DNA of 32,000 nucleotides from Candidatus Pacearchaeota archaeon (GTDB lineage Archaea; Nanobdellota; Nanobdellia; Pacearchaeales; UBA284): NCBI GenBank assembly GCA_026016245.1, contig CP061211.1, positions 450,001 to 482,000 of the forward strand, read 5' to 3'. Shown piece by piece: positions 25,360 to 32,000 of this stretch (position 1 is its first letter; each line of letters starts with the position of its first letter). The notes under the pieces were generated by a model. It saw only the letters and a program-made list of their open reading frames with translations, ran no database searches and was not told where the DNA came from. The position numbers and the translations under genes were made by a program.

Positions 25360-25908
25360 TTATTTTACTTCCTCCTTCTTTTCCTTTTTCTCTTCTTTTT
25401 CTTCCTTTACTTCTTCTTTAGGTTTTTCTTCTACTGGTCTCTCTTTTTTGATTTTTTTGACAGCAGAGATTTTATTTTCCTCTTCTGTTCTTACAATATA
25501 TCCAGGGACATCCATTATTTTATCCCCTACTTTTATTTTTCTATGAACAATCAGCTGTCTTGCCCCTTTAAGTGTTTTTGCGATTCCTTTTTTGAAAACA
25601 ACTGTCTGTAATCTTCTTTCAAATAATCTTTCCTTTGTCAGGGCAAGAATATCATCAATAGTTGCATCTTTATTTACCAAGCCCAGCCTTATGAGACGAT
25701 TAATAAAAGTCTCTTTTTGCTCAGGTTGTAGAATTAATTTTTTGGCTTGAGAACGAATTCTATCTATATAGTTCTCTGAACGCCATATCTCTTTTTTGTT
25801 CTTTAAACCATATTTCCTGATAAAAGCTTTTTCTTCCTGTATTCGTGATTTGTCAAATGGTGTTTTTGGTCTTGAATATTTTTTGTGCTGTCTTTTTGGA
25901 TCTCCCAT
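25360..25908 (-). CDS. rps4: 30S ribosomal protein S4 (uS4) with a K/E-rich C-terminal tail
   Basis: MGDPKRQHKKYSRPKTPFD start and an S4 RNA-binding domain (LQTVVFKKGIAKTLKGARQLIVHRKIKV). The tail is EEKPKEEVKEEKEEKKEKKEEVK. Confidence 0.9.
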   Translation of the reverse strand: MGDPKRQHKKYSRPKTPFDKSRIQEEKAFIRKYGLKNKKEIWRSENYIDRIRSQAKKLILQPEQKETFINRLIRLGLVNKDATIDDILALTKERLFERRLQTVVFKKGIAKTLKGARQLIVHRKIKVGDKIMDVPGYIVRTEEENKISAVKKIKKERPVEEKPKEEVKEEKEEKKEKKEEVK

Positions 25909-25916
25909 TTTCTATC

Positions 25917-26402
25917 TTATCTTTTTTTTCCTGGTTTAACTTTAGCTCTACTTACACCTATGGCTTTTCCTTTTCTAAAATGTGCTCTAGTGCGCTGGCC
26001 TCTTACAGGCAATCCTGCAGCATGTCTAACCCCTTTATAGCTTTTGATTTTTTTCATTCTTCTTATGTCAAATTCTCTCCTTAGATCAAGTTCTGTGGTG
26101 ATAAGATGTTTATCAATTCCAGATTCAATGTCTTTTCTTCTGTTAAGAAGCCATGTTGGAAGATTGGGGTTTTTGATAAAGGCTAGTATTTTTCCTATCT
26201 CTTCCTCACTTAAGTCAGAGATTTTTCTGTTCTTATTAATTTTAAGATTCTTGCAGACAGCGTTAGAAAATGTCCATGATACCCCTTTTATTTTTGTTAA
26301 GCCAGCATAGACAGATAATTTTCCTGGGATATCAGTTGCAGCAATTCTTACTAAAATTTCTGCTTCTTTTGATTCTTCTTTTTTTTCTGCCTCTTCTGCC
26401 AT
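25917..26402 (-). CDS. rps13: 30S ribosomal protein S13 (uS13)
   Basis: ILVRIAATDIPG...IKSYKGVRHAAGLPVRGQRTRA. I prefer the Met at 26402 (MAEEAEKK), which avoids an 11-nt overlap with the upstream gene. 26414 is an alternative start. Confidence 0.9.
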   Translation of the reverse strand: MAEEAEKKEESKEAEILVRIAATDIPGKLSVYAGLTKIKGVSWTFSNAVCKNLKINKNRKISDLSEEEIGKILAFIKNPNLPTWLLNRRKDIESGIDKHLITTELDLRREFDIRRMKKIKSYKGVRHAAGLPVRGQRTRAHFRKGKAIGVSRAKVKPGKKR

Positions 26403-26403
26403 T

Positions 26404-26955
26404 TTAAGCTGCAAATAATTTATACCTTATTTCCTGGGTAAGTTCTTCTATAAGTTTTTTCTCAATTACTTTTTTAGGATCTGGTAGACTTTTAAGTCTT
26501 TTTTTCATATCATTAAAAGAGGTAAATGGTTTTTTCTCTCTCTCTTCTAGGATTGCTTTGGTGTATTTTTTGCCAAAACCAGGCAAAAGCTCTAGTTGAT
26601 GTAATCTTGTATTTAGCGCCTGCGCCCTGTTAAAGAATTCAACAAATTTCTTCTCCTGTTCAGAAACAATCTTTTCAACAAAATCCCTTATCTGTAATTT
26701 TGCAGTCTCTGTAAGTTTTGCTTTTGGGAGTCTACCCCTTATGAAATAAATTTTGTCCCTTCTAGAAGGGCCTATATAAACCTCTTCCTTAAGTTGAAGT
26801 TTGATTCCCTTTCTTGGGACTAATTCTAGAAGTGTGAAGTATAATGAGCCTATGGCTTGAGCTATTGGAATCCTCTTCATTTCTAGAGGATAGCCATTGG
26901 GTAAAAAATCTATTATTATGGCTTTCTCTTCTCTCATTTCTCTTGAATTCATCAT
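26404..26955 (-). CDS. DUF655-family putative RNA/nucleotide-binding protein (OB + helix-hairpin-helix)
   Basis: IIIDFLPNGYP near the N-terminus and a C-terminal LELLPGFGKKYTKAILEER HhH-like segment. It has the conserved archaeal position downstream of rpoF. Confidence 0.65.
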   Translation of the reverse strand: MMNSREMREEKAIIIDFLPNGYPLEMKRIPIAQAIGSLYFTLLELVPRKGIKLQLKEEVYIGPSRRDKIYFIRGRLPKAKLTETAKLQIRDFVEKIVSEQEKKFVEFFNRAQALNTRLHQLELLPGFGKKYTKAILEEREKKPFTSFNDMKKRLKSLPDPKKVIEKKLIEELTQEIRYKLFAA

Positions 26956-26969
26956 TTTTCTTATTTTGC

Positions 26970-27284
26970 TTATTTCTTTTGTTTAAGTACCTCAAGCACT
27001 TTTGTAATTTCATCTTGATCTAAGCTGAATTCGGATCCAGCAAAAATTTTTCTTATATCCTCTACATCTTCTGGCTCAAAATCCACTATTTTTACAATAT
27101 CCTCTTCCTTTAGCCTAAGGATATTAAGCCCTTCTAAAGCTTTTCTTAATTTTAAAGCCTCTGATGCACTAAGTTTTGTAAATTTTTTAATAAAATCTGA
27201 TATAGCTTTCGCTTTATCATTTTCTGCTTTCTTTAGCAATTCTCTTGCTTCAGCAAGAGTTATTGTTTTAGATTCTCTTATCAT
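26970..27284 (-). CDS. rpoF: DNA-directed RNA polymerase subunit F (Rpo4)
   Basis: 104 aa, helical and acidic, lying in the conserved rpl21e-rpoF-DUF655 arrangement. Sequence similarity was judged by eye only. Confidence 0.6.
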   Translation of the reverse strand: MIRESKTITLAEARELLKKAENDKAKAISDFIKKFTKLSASEALKLRKALEGLNILRLKEEDIVKIVDFEPEDVEDIRKIFAGSEFSLDQDEITKVLEVLKQKK

Positions 27285-27292
27285 TTTTCCTC

Positions 27293-27547
27293 TTAGCCTC
27301 TTAATTTCTTCAAATGAATAGGCCTTATTACTAGTTTTTTATAGACTTTGCCATTTTTAAATCTCACTATATAAGCTCTACCTCTCTTTCCCTCTATTAC
27401 TCCAGTTAAACCATGGAACTGTTTTGGAAAGCCATTTTTTTGGCTTAAATCATGGACAAGGCAAACTCTATCACCTCCCCTAAATTCCTGGAAAGCCTTG
27501 CTTAGCCTTATTTTTCCTTTCTCTCTTATTCTTTTTCTGTGTTTCAT
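27293..27547 (-). CDS. rpl21e: 50S ribosomal protein L21e (eL21)
   Basis: MKHRKRIREKGKIRLSKAFQEFRGGDRVCLVHD...FHGLTGVIEGKRGRAYIV, an SH3-like L21e core. The tracked start at 27625 overlaps the upstream gene, so I trimmed to the Met at 27547. Confidence 0.8.
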   Translation of the reverse strand: MKHRKRIREKGKIRLSKAFQEFRGGDRVCLVHDLSQKNGFPKQFHGLTGVIEGKRGRAYIVRFKNGKVYKKLVIRPIHLKKLRG

Positions 27548-27554
27548 TTTTATC

Positions 27555-27926
27555 CTATATGATTTTTTTGCGTATTGGTCTCTGTCTTGGGCCTTTTTTC
27601 TCTTTATGTATAATTTCATTAACAAGTTTGGTCATAACCTGCGCGAGAGCTCTGTAAGGATTCTTATGTGAAGATTTAGCACTCAAAACTGCCCCTGGAT
27701 TGATAAAAAGCTCTGCTTTTATCTCATGAACAAAGAGTTTATTCCTTTGATGCTGTTTTAATCTAATTTTTAACTCATCATAATCCATCCTCTCTTCAAT
27801 TTTCTTGATATAAGTATTCATTACTTTCAAAATAGAGTCTTTTTCTGTCTTGTCAAACTTGTTAAAACCAACTAGACTAACATTCTTTCCTATGACAATT
27901 GAAATTTCTTTTTCTTTTCTTGGCAT
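27555..27926 (-). CDS. Hypothetical protein with an HPF/RaiA (S30AE)-like sequence pattern
   Basis: 123 aa. ISIVIGKNVSLV...(helix)...LKIRLKQHQ...HEIKAELFINPGAVLSAKSSHKNPYRALAQVMTKLVNEIIHKEKK lines up by eye with the beta-alpha-beta-beta-beta-alpha ribosome hibernation factor pattern, e.g. E. coli LNITGNNVEIT...[44 protein letters not shown]. Confidence 0.4.
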   Translation of the reverse strand: MPRKEKEISIVIGKNVSLVGFNKFDKTEKDSILKVMNTYIKKIEERMDYDELKIRLKQHQRNKLFVHEIKAELFINPGAVLSAKSSHKNPYRALAQVMTKLVNEIIHKEKKGPRQRPIRKKII

Positions 27927-28045
27927 GATTTTTTAAGGGAAAAATGTTTTAAAAGTCTTTCTGAAAAAAATAGAAAAAAGTATAAAAAAACTTAAATACT
28001 AATTAGGCCTTATATTTCAGTAGAGGTGAGGGGTAAAAAAATAAA

Positions 28046-28651
28046 ATGGTAAGAAAAGTAGATGCAATAATTCTTGCAGGTGGTTCTTTAGGCAGGGAAA
28101 GGATATATCCCAAAGCTCTTATTGAAATTGAAGGAAAATCCCTTATTCAAAGACAGATAGAATGGTTAAGGCCTTTTGTTAGGAGAATAGTGATTGCTTG
28201 CACAGAAAGAGAGGCTGAACAAATTAGGCAGTATCATCCAGGTATTGATGTTGTATTTGCAGCAACTCCTGAATTACCAGGAACTGCTGGCTCTTTAAAA
28301 CATGCCTTGAATTCTACAGAAACAGATGATGTAATTGTTGCTAATGTTGATGACATGACTGATATTGATTTAGCAGGATTAATAGATTTTGGAACAGATA
28401 CAATATGTGTAGCCAACCCAAGATTAAATTTTGCTAAAATTGAAACAGAAGGACATAACATAATAACTTTCAGGGAAAAACCACAATTAGAGAATGTTTG
28501 GGTGAATTGTGGAGTTTATTTTTTAAGCAAAGCAATTTTAGAAAAGCTTCCTGCAAAAGGAAACATCGCCAAGGATTTTTTTCCTTATGTGAAAATTAGG
28601 GCTTACAAACATTATGGAACTTGGCATACTGTAGTTGGAAGGCATGTATAA
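28046..28651 (+). CDS. Sugar-phosphate nucleotidyltransferase (NTP_transferase family)
   Basis: The N-terminal AIILAGGSLGRERIYPKALIEIEGKSLIQRQIEWL matches the G-x-G-t-R-l/K-p-L signature. Confidence 0.7.
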   Translation: MVRKVDAIILAGGSLGRERIYPKALIEIEGKSLIQRQIEWLRPFVRRIVIACTEREAEQIRQYHPGIDVVFAATPELPGTAGSLKHALNSTETDDVIVANVDDMTDIDLAGLIDFGTDTICVANPRLNFAKIETEGHNIITFREKPQLENVWVNCGVYFLSKAILEKLPAKGNIAKDFFPYVKIRAYKHYGTWHTVVGRHV

Positions 28652-28654
28652 TAA

Positions 28655-29407
28655 TCATCCACGAAATAATTTCTTTAGAATATCAAGAGTATAAAGTATA
28701 GAAGCTTTTGATTGTGACTTAGTTGGATTAAACGGCCTTTTGCTCTTATGCACTGAGGCTACCCTTAAATGATTTATTAAATGAATCTGATTGCTCAATC
28801 CAGGATCAAGATTAATTTCTTTTTCCTTAAACTTCAGAACCAGGTTACCTAGACCAATATCAGGGCTTTTTTGAAGCAAATCCCTTCCAGTCAAGTCAAA
28901 ATATCTCTTGTGTAAAGCTATCTCAAGAATTCTGCCACATAAAATCAAAGCACTACGATAACATCTATGCTCATAACATTTAACAAGCTCATCAAAAGAT
29001 GCTTTTGTTTCAGAATAAATATCACGAGGAATATAAGGCAGGTAAAATTCCCCTTTAGGCAAATCACCATCTGGCACTCTCACTGATGGAACTATATCAA
29101 AAATTTCTTCTATAGATACAACAGATTCAAGAAATTTGTTGGAGTTAATCATCTTTTTTAAATCTTTAATCTTCATTGATGCCTCTGTCAAGGCCCTTTT
29201 CTCTGTAGGGGCTATAGTAAAGCTTTCATTTAATACAGCTTCTAGCCTTTTCATCGCATTTTCTATCTCTCTAGAATAATACTCTCTCTCACGACGCTTA
29301 AAATGAAACTCATCTCCAACTATTCTAGAACTAAAATCTATCCTTCTGGATAAAACATTATTGATAATATCCTTTAATTCCAGAAGCACCCCTTTTAAGC
29401 TAGCCAT
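28655..29407 (-). CDS. Hypothetical protein with a C-terminal HEPN/DUF4145-like domain
   Basis: The C-terminal ~110 aa are helical: YRSALILCGRILEIALHKRY...LGNLVLKFKEK...QIHLINHLRVASVHKSK. RVASVH is an R-x4-H motif (28748-28765). I do not recognise the N-terminal ~110 aa. Confidence 0.45.
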   Translation of the reverse strand: MASLKGVLLELKDIINNVLSRRIDFSSRIVGDEFHFKRREREYYSREIENAMKRLEAVLNESFTIAPTEKRALTEASMKIKDLKKMINSNKFLESVVSIEEIFDIVPSVRVPDGDLPKGEFYLPYIPRDIYSETKASFDELVKCYEHRCYRSALILCGRILEIALHKRYFDLTGRDLLQKSPDIGLGNLVLKFKEKEINLDPGLSNQIHLINHLRVASVHKSKRPFNPTKSQSKASILYTLDILKKLFRG

Positions 29408-29458
29408 CTAAAAATCAAGCAAGGAAAATTTTTAAGCTTTTGTATAGTAAAATATAAT

Positions 29459-30184
29459 CTATTTGAAGTTCTTAAAAGCCTTGCTTATGCTTTCATTCCA
29501 AAATTTAGGAAGCTCATAACTAAGCATGCCCTGAAATTCATCACTCCAGACATAAAAGAATTTTTCCCCCTCTTCCTGTTTCTTAAATAAAGGCCTGATT
29601 TTTTCATACATTTTCTGCAAAGCACGCCTCTCAAATTCAGCCTGTAATAAGGATGGTTCCTTCAATAACAAAATATCAGCAAGCCTTAAAACATTAACAT
29701 CAAGCATAGCACTACTTTGAGCAATCAGAAAGAGGGTAAGATCCTTATGACGGGCAATAGCCATCAACTTGCCTAACATTTTATTAGCATCTTTCATTGA
29801 GTCTCTAGCAGAATAAACTATTGCTCCTTCATCAACAAGAACAGCAGAATGAAGAGGTATTTTATCAAGAGATTCTTCTTTCTTTATCCATCTAGGCAGC
29901 TTAGCTTTTCCAAAACCAACAGCATAACATTTTTTTCTATAAGAGTTAAGAACAGAAAGGAGAACCATACCTAAACTTGTCTTCCCACTTCCTCTTTTGC
30001 CTGTAATTAAAATGATCTGGCTATATTTAAGCACCCTATTAAAGAAGCTATCAAACTCTCCATCCTCAGCCTTAACAATAGAAAATGGCTGTATTGGCTC
30101 TATTTTTTTAGGCTTTTTTCTGAATATATCAAAGATTCCCATTAAAATCCTCTGTTTTAGGAATATAAAAGCTTTAGAAATCAC
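29459..30184 (-). CDS. P-loop NTPase (Zot-like arrangement of motifs)
   Basis: Walker A ITGKRGSGKTS, Walker B-like SAVLVDEG, then ARHKDLTLFLIAQSS. An alternative start Met lies 14 codons downstream (MGIFDIF). Confidence 0.6.
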   Translation of the reverse strand: MISKAFIFLKQRILMGIFDIFRKKPKKIEPIQPFSIVKAEDGEFDSFFNRVLKYSQIILITGKRGSGKTSLGMVLLSVLNSYRKKCYAVGFGKAKLPRWIKKEESLDKIPLHSAVLVDEGAIVYSARDSMKDANKMLGKLMAIARHKDLTLFLIAQSSAMLDVNVLRLADILLLKEPSLLQAEFERRALQKMYEKIRPLFKKQEEGEKFFYVWSDEFQGMLSYELPKFWNESISKAFKNFK

Positions 30185-30207
30185 TCTAAAGTGGTATCAA
30201 AAGAAAG

Positions 30208-30215
30208 GTTTATAA
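30208..30215. promoter_or_regulatory. Palindromic TATA box (TTTATAAA) centred between divergent start codons
   Basis: The centre (30211.5) is ~27 nt from the ATG at 30238 (+) and ~27 nt from the ATG at 30184 (-). Confidence 0.35.
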
Positions 30216-30237
30216 ATCAGGAAAGAGTTATAATTTT

Positions 30238-31059
30238 ATGTTAACAGATAAAGCATTAGTTGAAGAAATACTGGATAAAAAGAAGTACATAAAAAAGAAA
30301 GGCTCTGATATATATGTCGTACTCGAAGAGCTCTTTGATGGGGCATTAGAAAGAGAGGCTCTGGAACATTCATTGAGAATAGAGTATCCTGTAGCAAAAG
30401 CGCTAAAGAAAGGGAATACTAAAAAATATACTAAAGAAATTAAAAGATTGAGCAAAAACCTAAAGAAAGCGTGGGAGTTTGGAAAAAAGAACTTCACGAT
30501 ACCTTTTGATAAAGATTTCTTAATAAAATTAGCTTATCAGATAGATCCTGAAGCATTTAGAACAAATGGTGGATTGATAAAAGATTATAGAAAGTTCAAT
30601 GTTAGAGTGCGTGGTTCTTGTATAAAACCTCCTTATCCAGAGAAATTAAGACTTTCTATGAAAAGGTTTTTTGATGGTTTAGATCAACTTTATGGGGAAT
30701 GTAAAAACAGAACAGCATATGTGCCTGAAAGATATTTTGATATAGGTTCTTGGATGCATTTGCATCTTGCTAGAATACATCCTTTTGAAGACACAAATGG
30801 TAGGACATCTAGAATGGCCAATAATCTTTATTTAAGAAGTTCAAATTCTTTTCCTCCTATCATAATTTATGAAGGAGAAAGGCAGGATTATGAAAATCAT
30901 ATAGAAAAAGCGTTGATAGGATTTAGAGAAAGAGATGGCAGGAAAAATTTGGCTGCAAAAAGAGATGAGCTTTCAGGAGGAGAAAGAGAATTTTATGATT
31001 ACTTGGCTGGTAAGCTTAATACCAGTCTTGACAAGGTTATTGAAAAGAAAGGCGCTTAA
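30238..31059 (+). CDS. Fic/DOC-family protein (putative AMPylase/toxin)
   Basis: Fic core motif HPFEDTNGRTSR at 30778-30813 (canonical HPFx[D/E]GNGRxxR, with G replaced by T), preceded by PPYPEKLRLSMKRFFDGL. Confidence 0.85.
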   Translation: MLTDKALVEEILDKKKYIKKKGSDIYVVLEELFDGALEREALEHSLRIEYPVAKALKKGNTKKYTKEIKRLSKNLKKAWEFGKKNFTIPFDKDFLIKLAYQIDPEAFRTNGGLIKDYRKFNVRVRGSCIKPPYPEKLRLSMKRFFDGLDQLYGECKNRTAYVPERYFDIGSWMHLHLARIHPFEDTNGRTSRMANNLYLRSSNSFPPIIIYEGERQDYENHIEKALIGFRERDGRKNLAAKRDELSGGEREFYDYLAGKLNTSLDKVIEKKGA

Positions 31060-31095
31060 GAAAAGAATTTTAAATTCCTTTTTCTTTGTTTTATT

Positions 31096-31761
31096 ATGAT
31101 TGATTTTGATGAATTAATTGATGAGCATATAAAAAGAGAGTATAAGCCGAAAGGTATAGGAAGATATTATCCTTCTGAGGCTGGTAGCTGTTTAAGAAAG
31201 GTGTGGTATTCTTATAAATATCCTACAGAAATAGCTCCTGAATTGAGAAAGATTTTTGAAATGGGCAATATAATACATGATTTTATTGTTCAAGTCTTAA
31301 AGTCAGAAAAGACACCACAAGTCGAGCTTCTTAAATCAGAATTTCCTTTCAAAGAGCAAATTGAAGATTTCACAATATCAGGAAGAATTGACAATCTTAT
31401 CAAAGTTAAAATTAGCGGCAAAATCTATCTTGTAGAAATAAAAAGTAGTGCAGGCATAAGGTTTGTTAAAGAAGCTTCCCCACACAATGTCCAACAACTT
31501 CAATTATACATGCATTTTATTGGAGTTCATAACGGTCTTTTAGTCTATATTGACAAATCCACACTAAAAACAAAAGTTTTTGAAATTAATTATGACAAAG
31601 AAAAAGCCCAAAAAATCCTAGAGAGATTCAAACTTCTTCATAAATTATTAACAACAAACACACTACCAGAACCAGAGGCAAGAAAACATGAGAAAACTAA
31701 GTGGATGTGTAGGTATTGTGAATATAAAGATAGGTGTCATAAAGACACCTCAAGAATATAA
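31096..31761 (+). CDS. Cas4-like PD-(D/E)xK nuclease (DUF83/RecB-family), stand-alone
   Basis: N-terminal YYPSEAGSCLRKVWY, GRIDNL...LVEIKSS (D...ExK), QLQLY (QxxxY) and C-terminal CRYCEYKDRC. This gives the 1+3 Cys pattern of the Cas4 Fe-S cluster. Confidence 0.75.
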   Translation: MIDFDELIDEHIKREYKPKGIGRYYPSEAGSCLRKVWYSYKYPTEIAPELRKIFEMGNIIHDFIVQVLKSEKTPQVELLKSEFPFKEQIEDFTISGRIDNLIKVKISGKIYLVEIKSSAGIRFVKEASPHNVQQLQLYMHFIGVHNGLLVYIDKSTLKTKVFEINYDKEKAQKILERFKLLHKLLTTNTLPEPEARKHEKTKWMCRYCEYKDRCHKDTSRI

Positions 31762-31815
31762 AAATTATTTCTTGACTGCTAAAAAATATTTAAACCTTTC
31801 CCAATAATTAATAAT

Positions 31816-32000
31816 ATGAAACAAAAGCTATTAAGCAAATCTTTCTTCAACAAAGATACAGTAAAAACTGCAAAAGCTCTGCTTGGGAAAATAATCAAAT
31901 ATAAGAATACATCTGGAATAATAATAGAAACAGAAGCTTACAAAGGAAAAGAAGATGGTGATGAGGCAAGCCATGCATTCAAAAAAACAGAAAGAAGCGA
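31816..32000 (+). CDS. mpg: 3-methyladenine DNA glycosylase (Mpg/AAG family), N-terminal part (runs off window)
   Basis: FFNKDTVKTAKALLGKII...GIIIETEAYKGKEDGDEASHAFKKTERS matches the AAG-family N-terminal signature (ETEAY...D.ASHA). Confidence 0.75.
   Translation, partial: MKQKLLSKSFFNKDTVKTAKALLGKIIKYKNTSGIIIETEAYKGKEDGDEASHAFKKTERS

Noticed and set aside
27548-27625. Long N-terminal extension of L21e (tracked start at 27625).
   Set aside because: It overlaps the 3' end of the upstream ORF by ~70 nt. The internal Met at 27547 gives a typical L21e N-terminus (MKHRKRIREKGK) and a 7-nt intergenic gap.
31096-31761. A CRISPR-Cas locus implied by the Cas4-like gene.
   Set aside because: I found no regularly spaced direct repeats anywhere in the 32 kb, and no cas1, cas2 or effector genes adjacent within the window.

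Overview
AT-rich, tightly packed archaeal chromosome segment. Archaea-specific genes (AglB, prefoldin, Rpr2, RpoD/N/F, L18e, L21e), an intron-containing tRNA and an isolated 5S rRNA point to a DPANN-like small-genome archaeon; that assignment is inference. Many neighbouring genes share ATGA start/stop overlaps or overlap at convergent ends. There are three blocks. (1) 1-19.4 kb is the secretion and envelope block: the SecY 3' end, a DUF106/YidC-like insertase, prefoldin alpha and an e2b2-family isomerase. These are followed by an N-glycosylation (agl-like) island holding AglB with WWDYG, a GT4-family phosphosugar transferase, DUF354, GT1, a GT2 broken by one in-frame TAG, two SAM methyltransferases, a B12-binding radical SAM enzyme and two MOP flippases. 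SecF-SecD closes the block. (2) 19.4-27.9 kb is the information-processing block. It carries tRNA-Gly(UCC) with a ~46-nt intron, a tRNA-Leu(CAA)/tRNA-Arg(CCU) pair 1 nt apart, an unannotated structured intergenic element, 5S rRNA and RNase P protein Rpr2. It also carries the S13-S4-S11-RpoD-tRNA-L18e-L13-S9-RpoN operon and a DUF655-RpoF-L21e operon headed by an HPF/RaiA-like ORF. (3) 28.6-31.8 kb looks accessory. A P-loop NTPase plus a HEPN/DUF4145-like protein sit divergently from a Fic-domain protein and an orphan Cas4-like nuclease, on either side of a centred palindromic TATA box. Block 3 is my best candidate for an undescribed defence or toxin system. No CRISPR array, integrase or transposase is visible. 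All calls come from reading the translations and sequence by eye; no database search was run.
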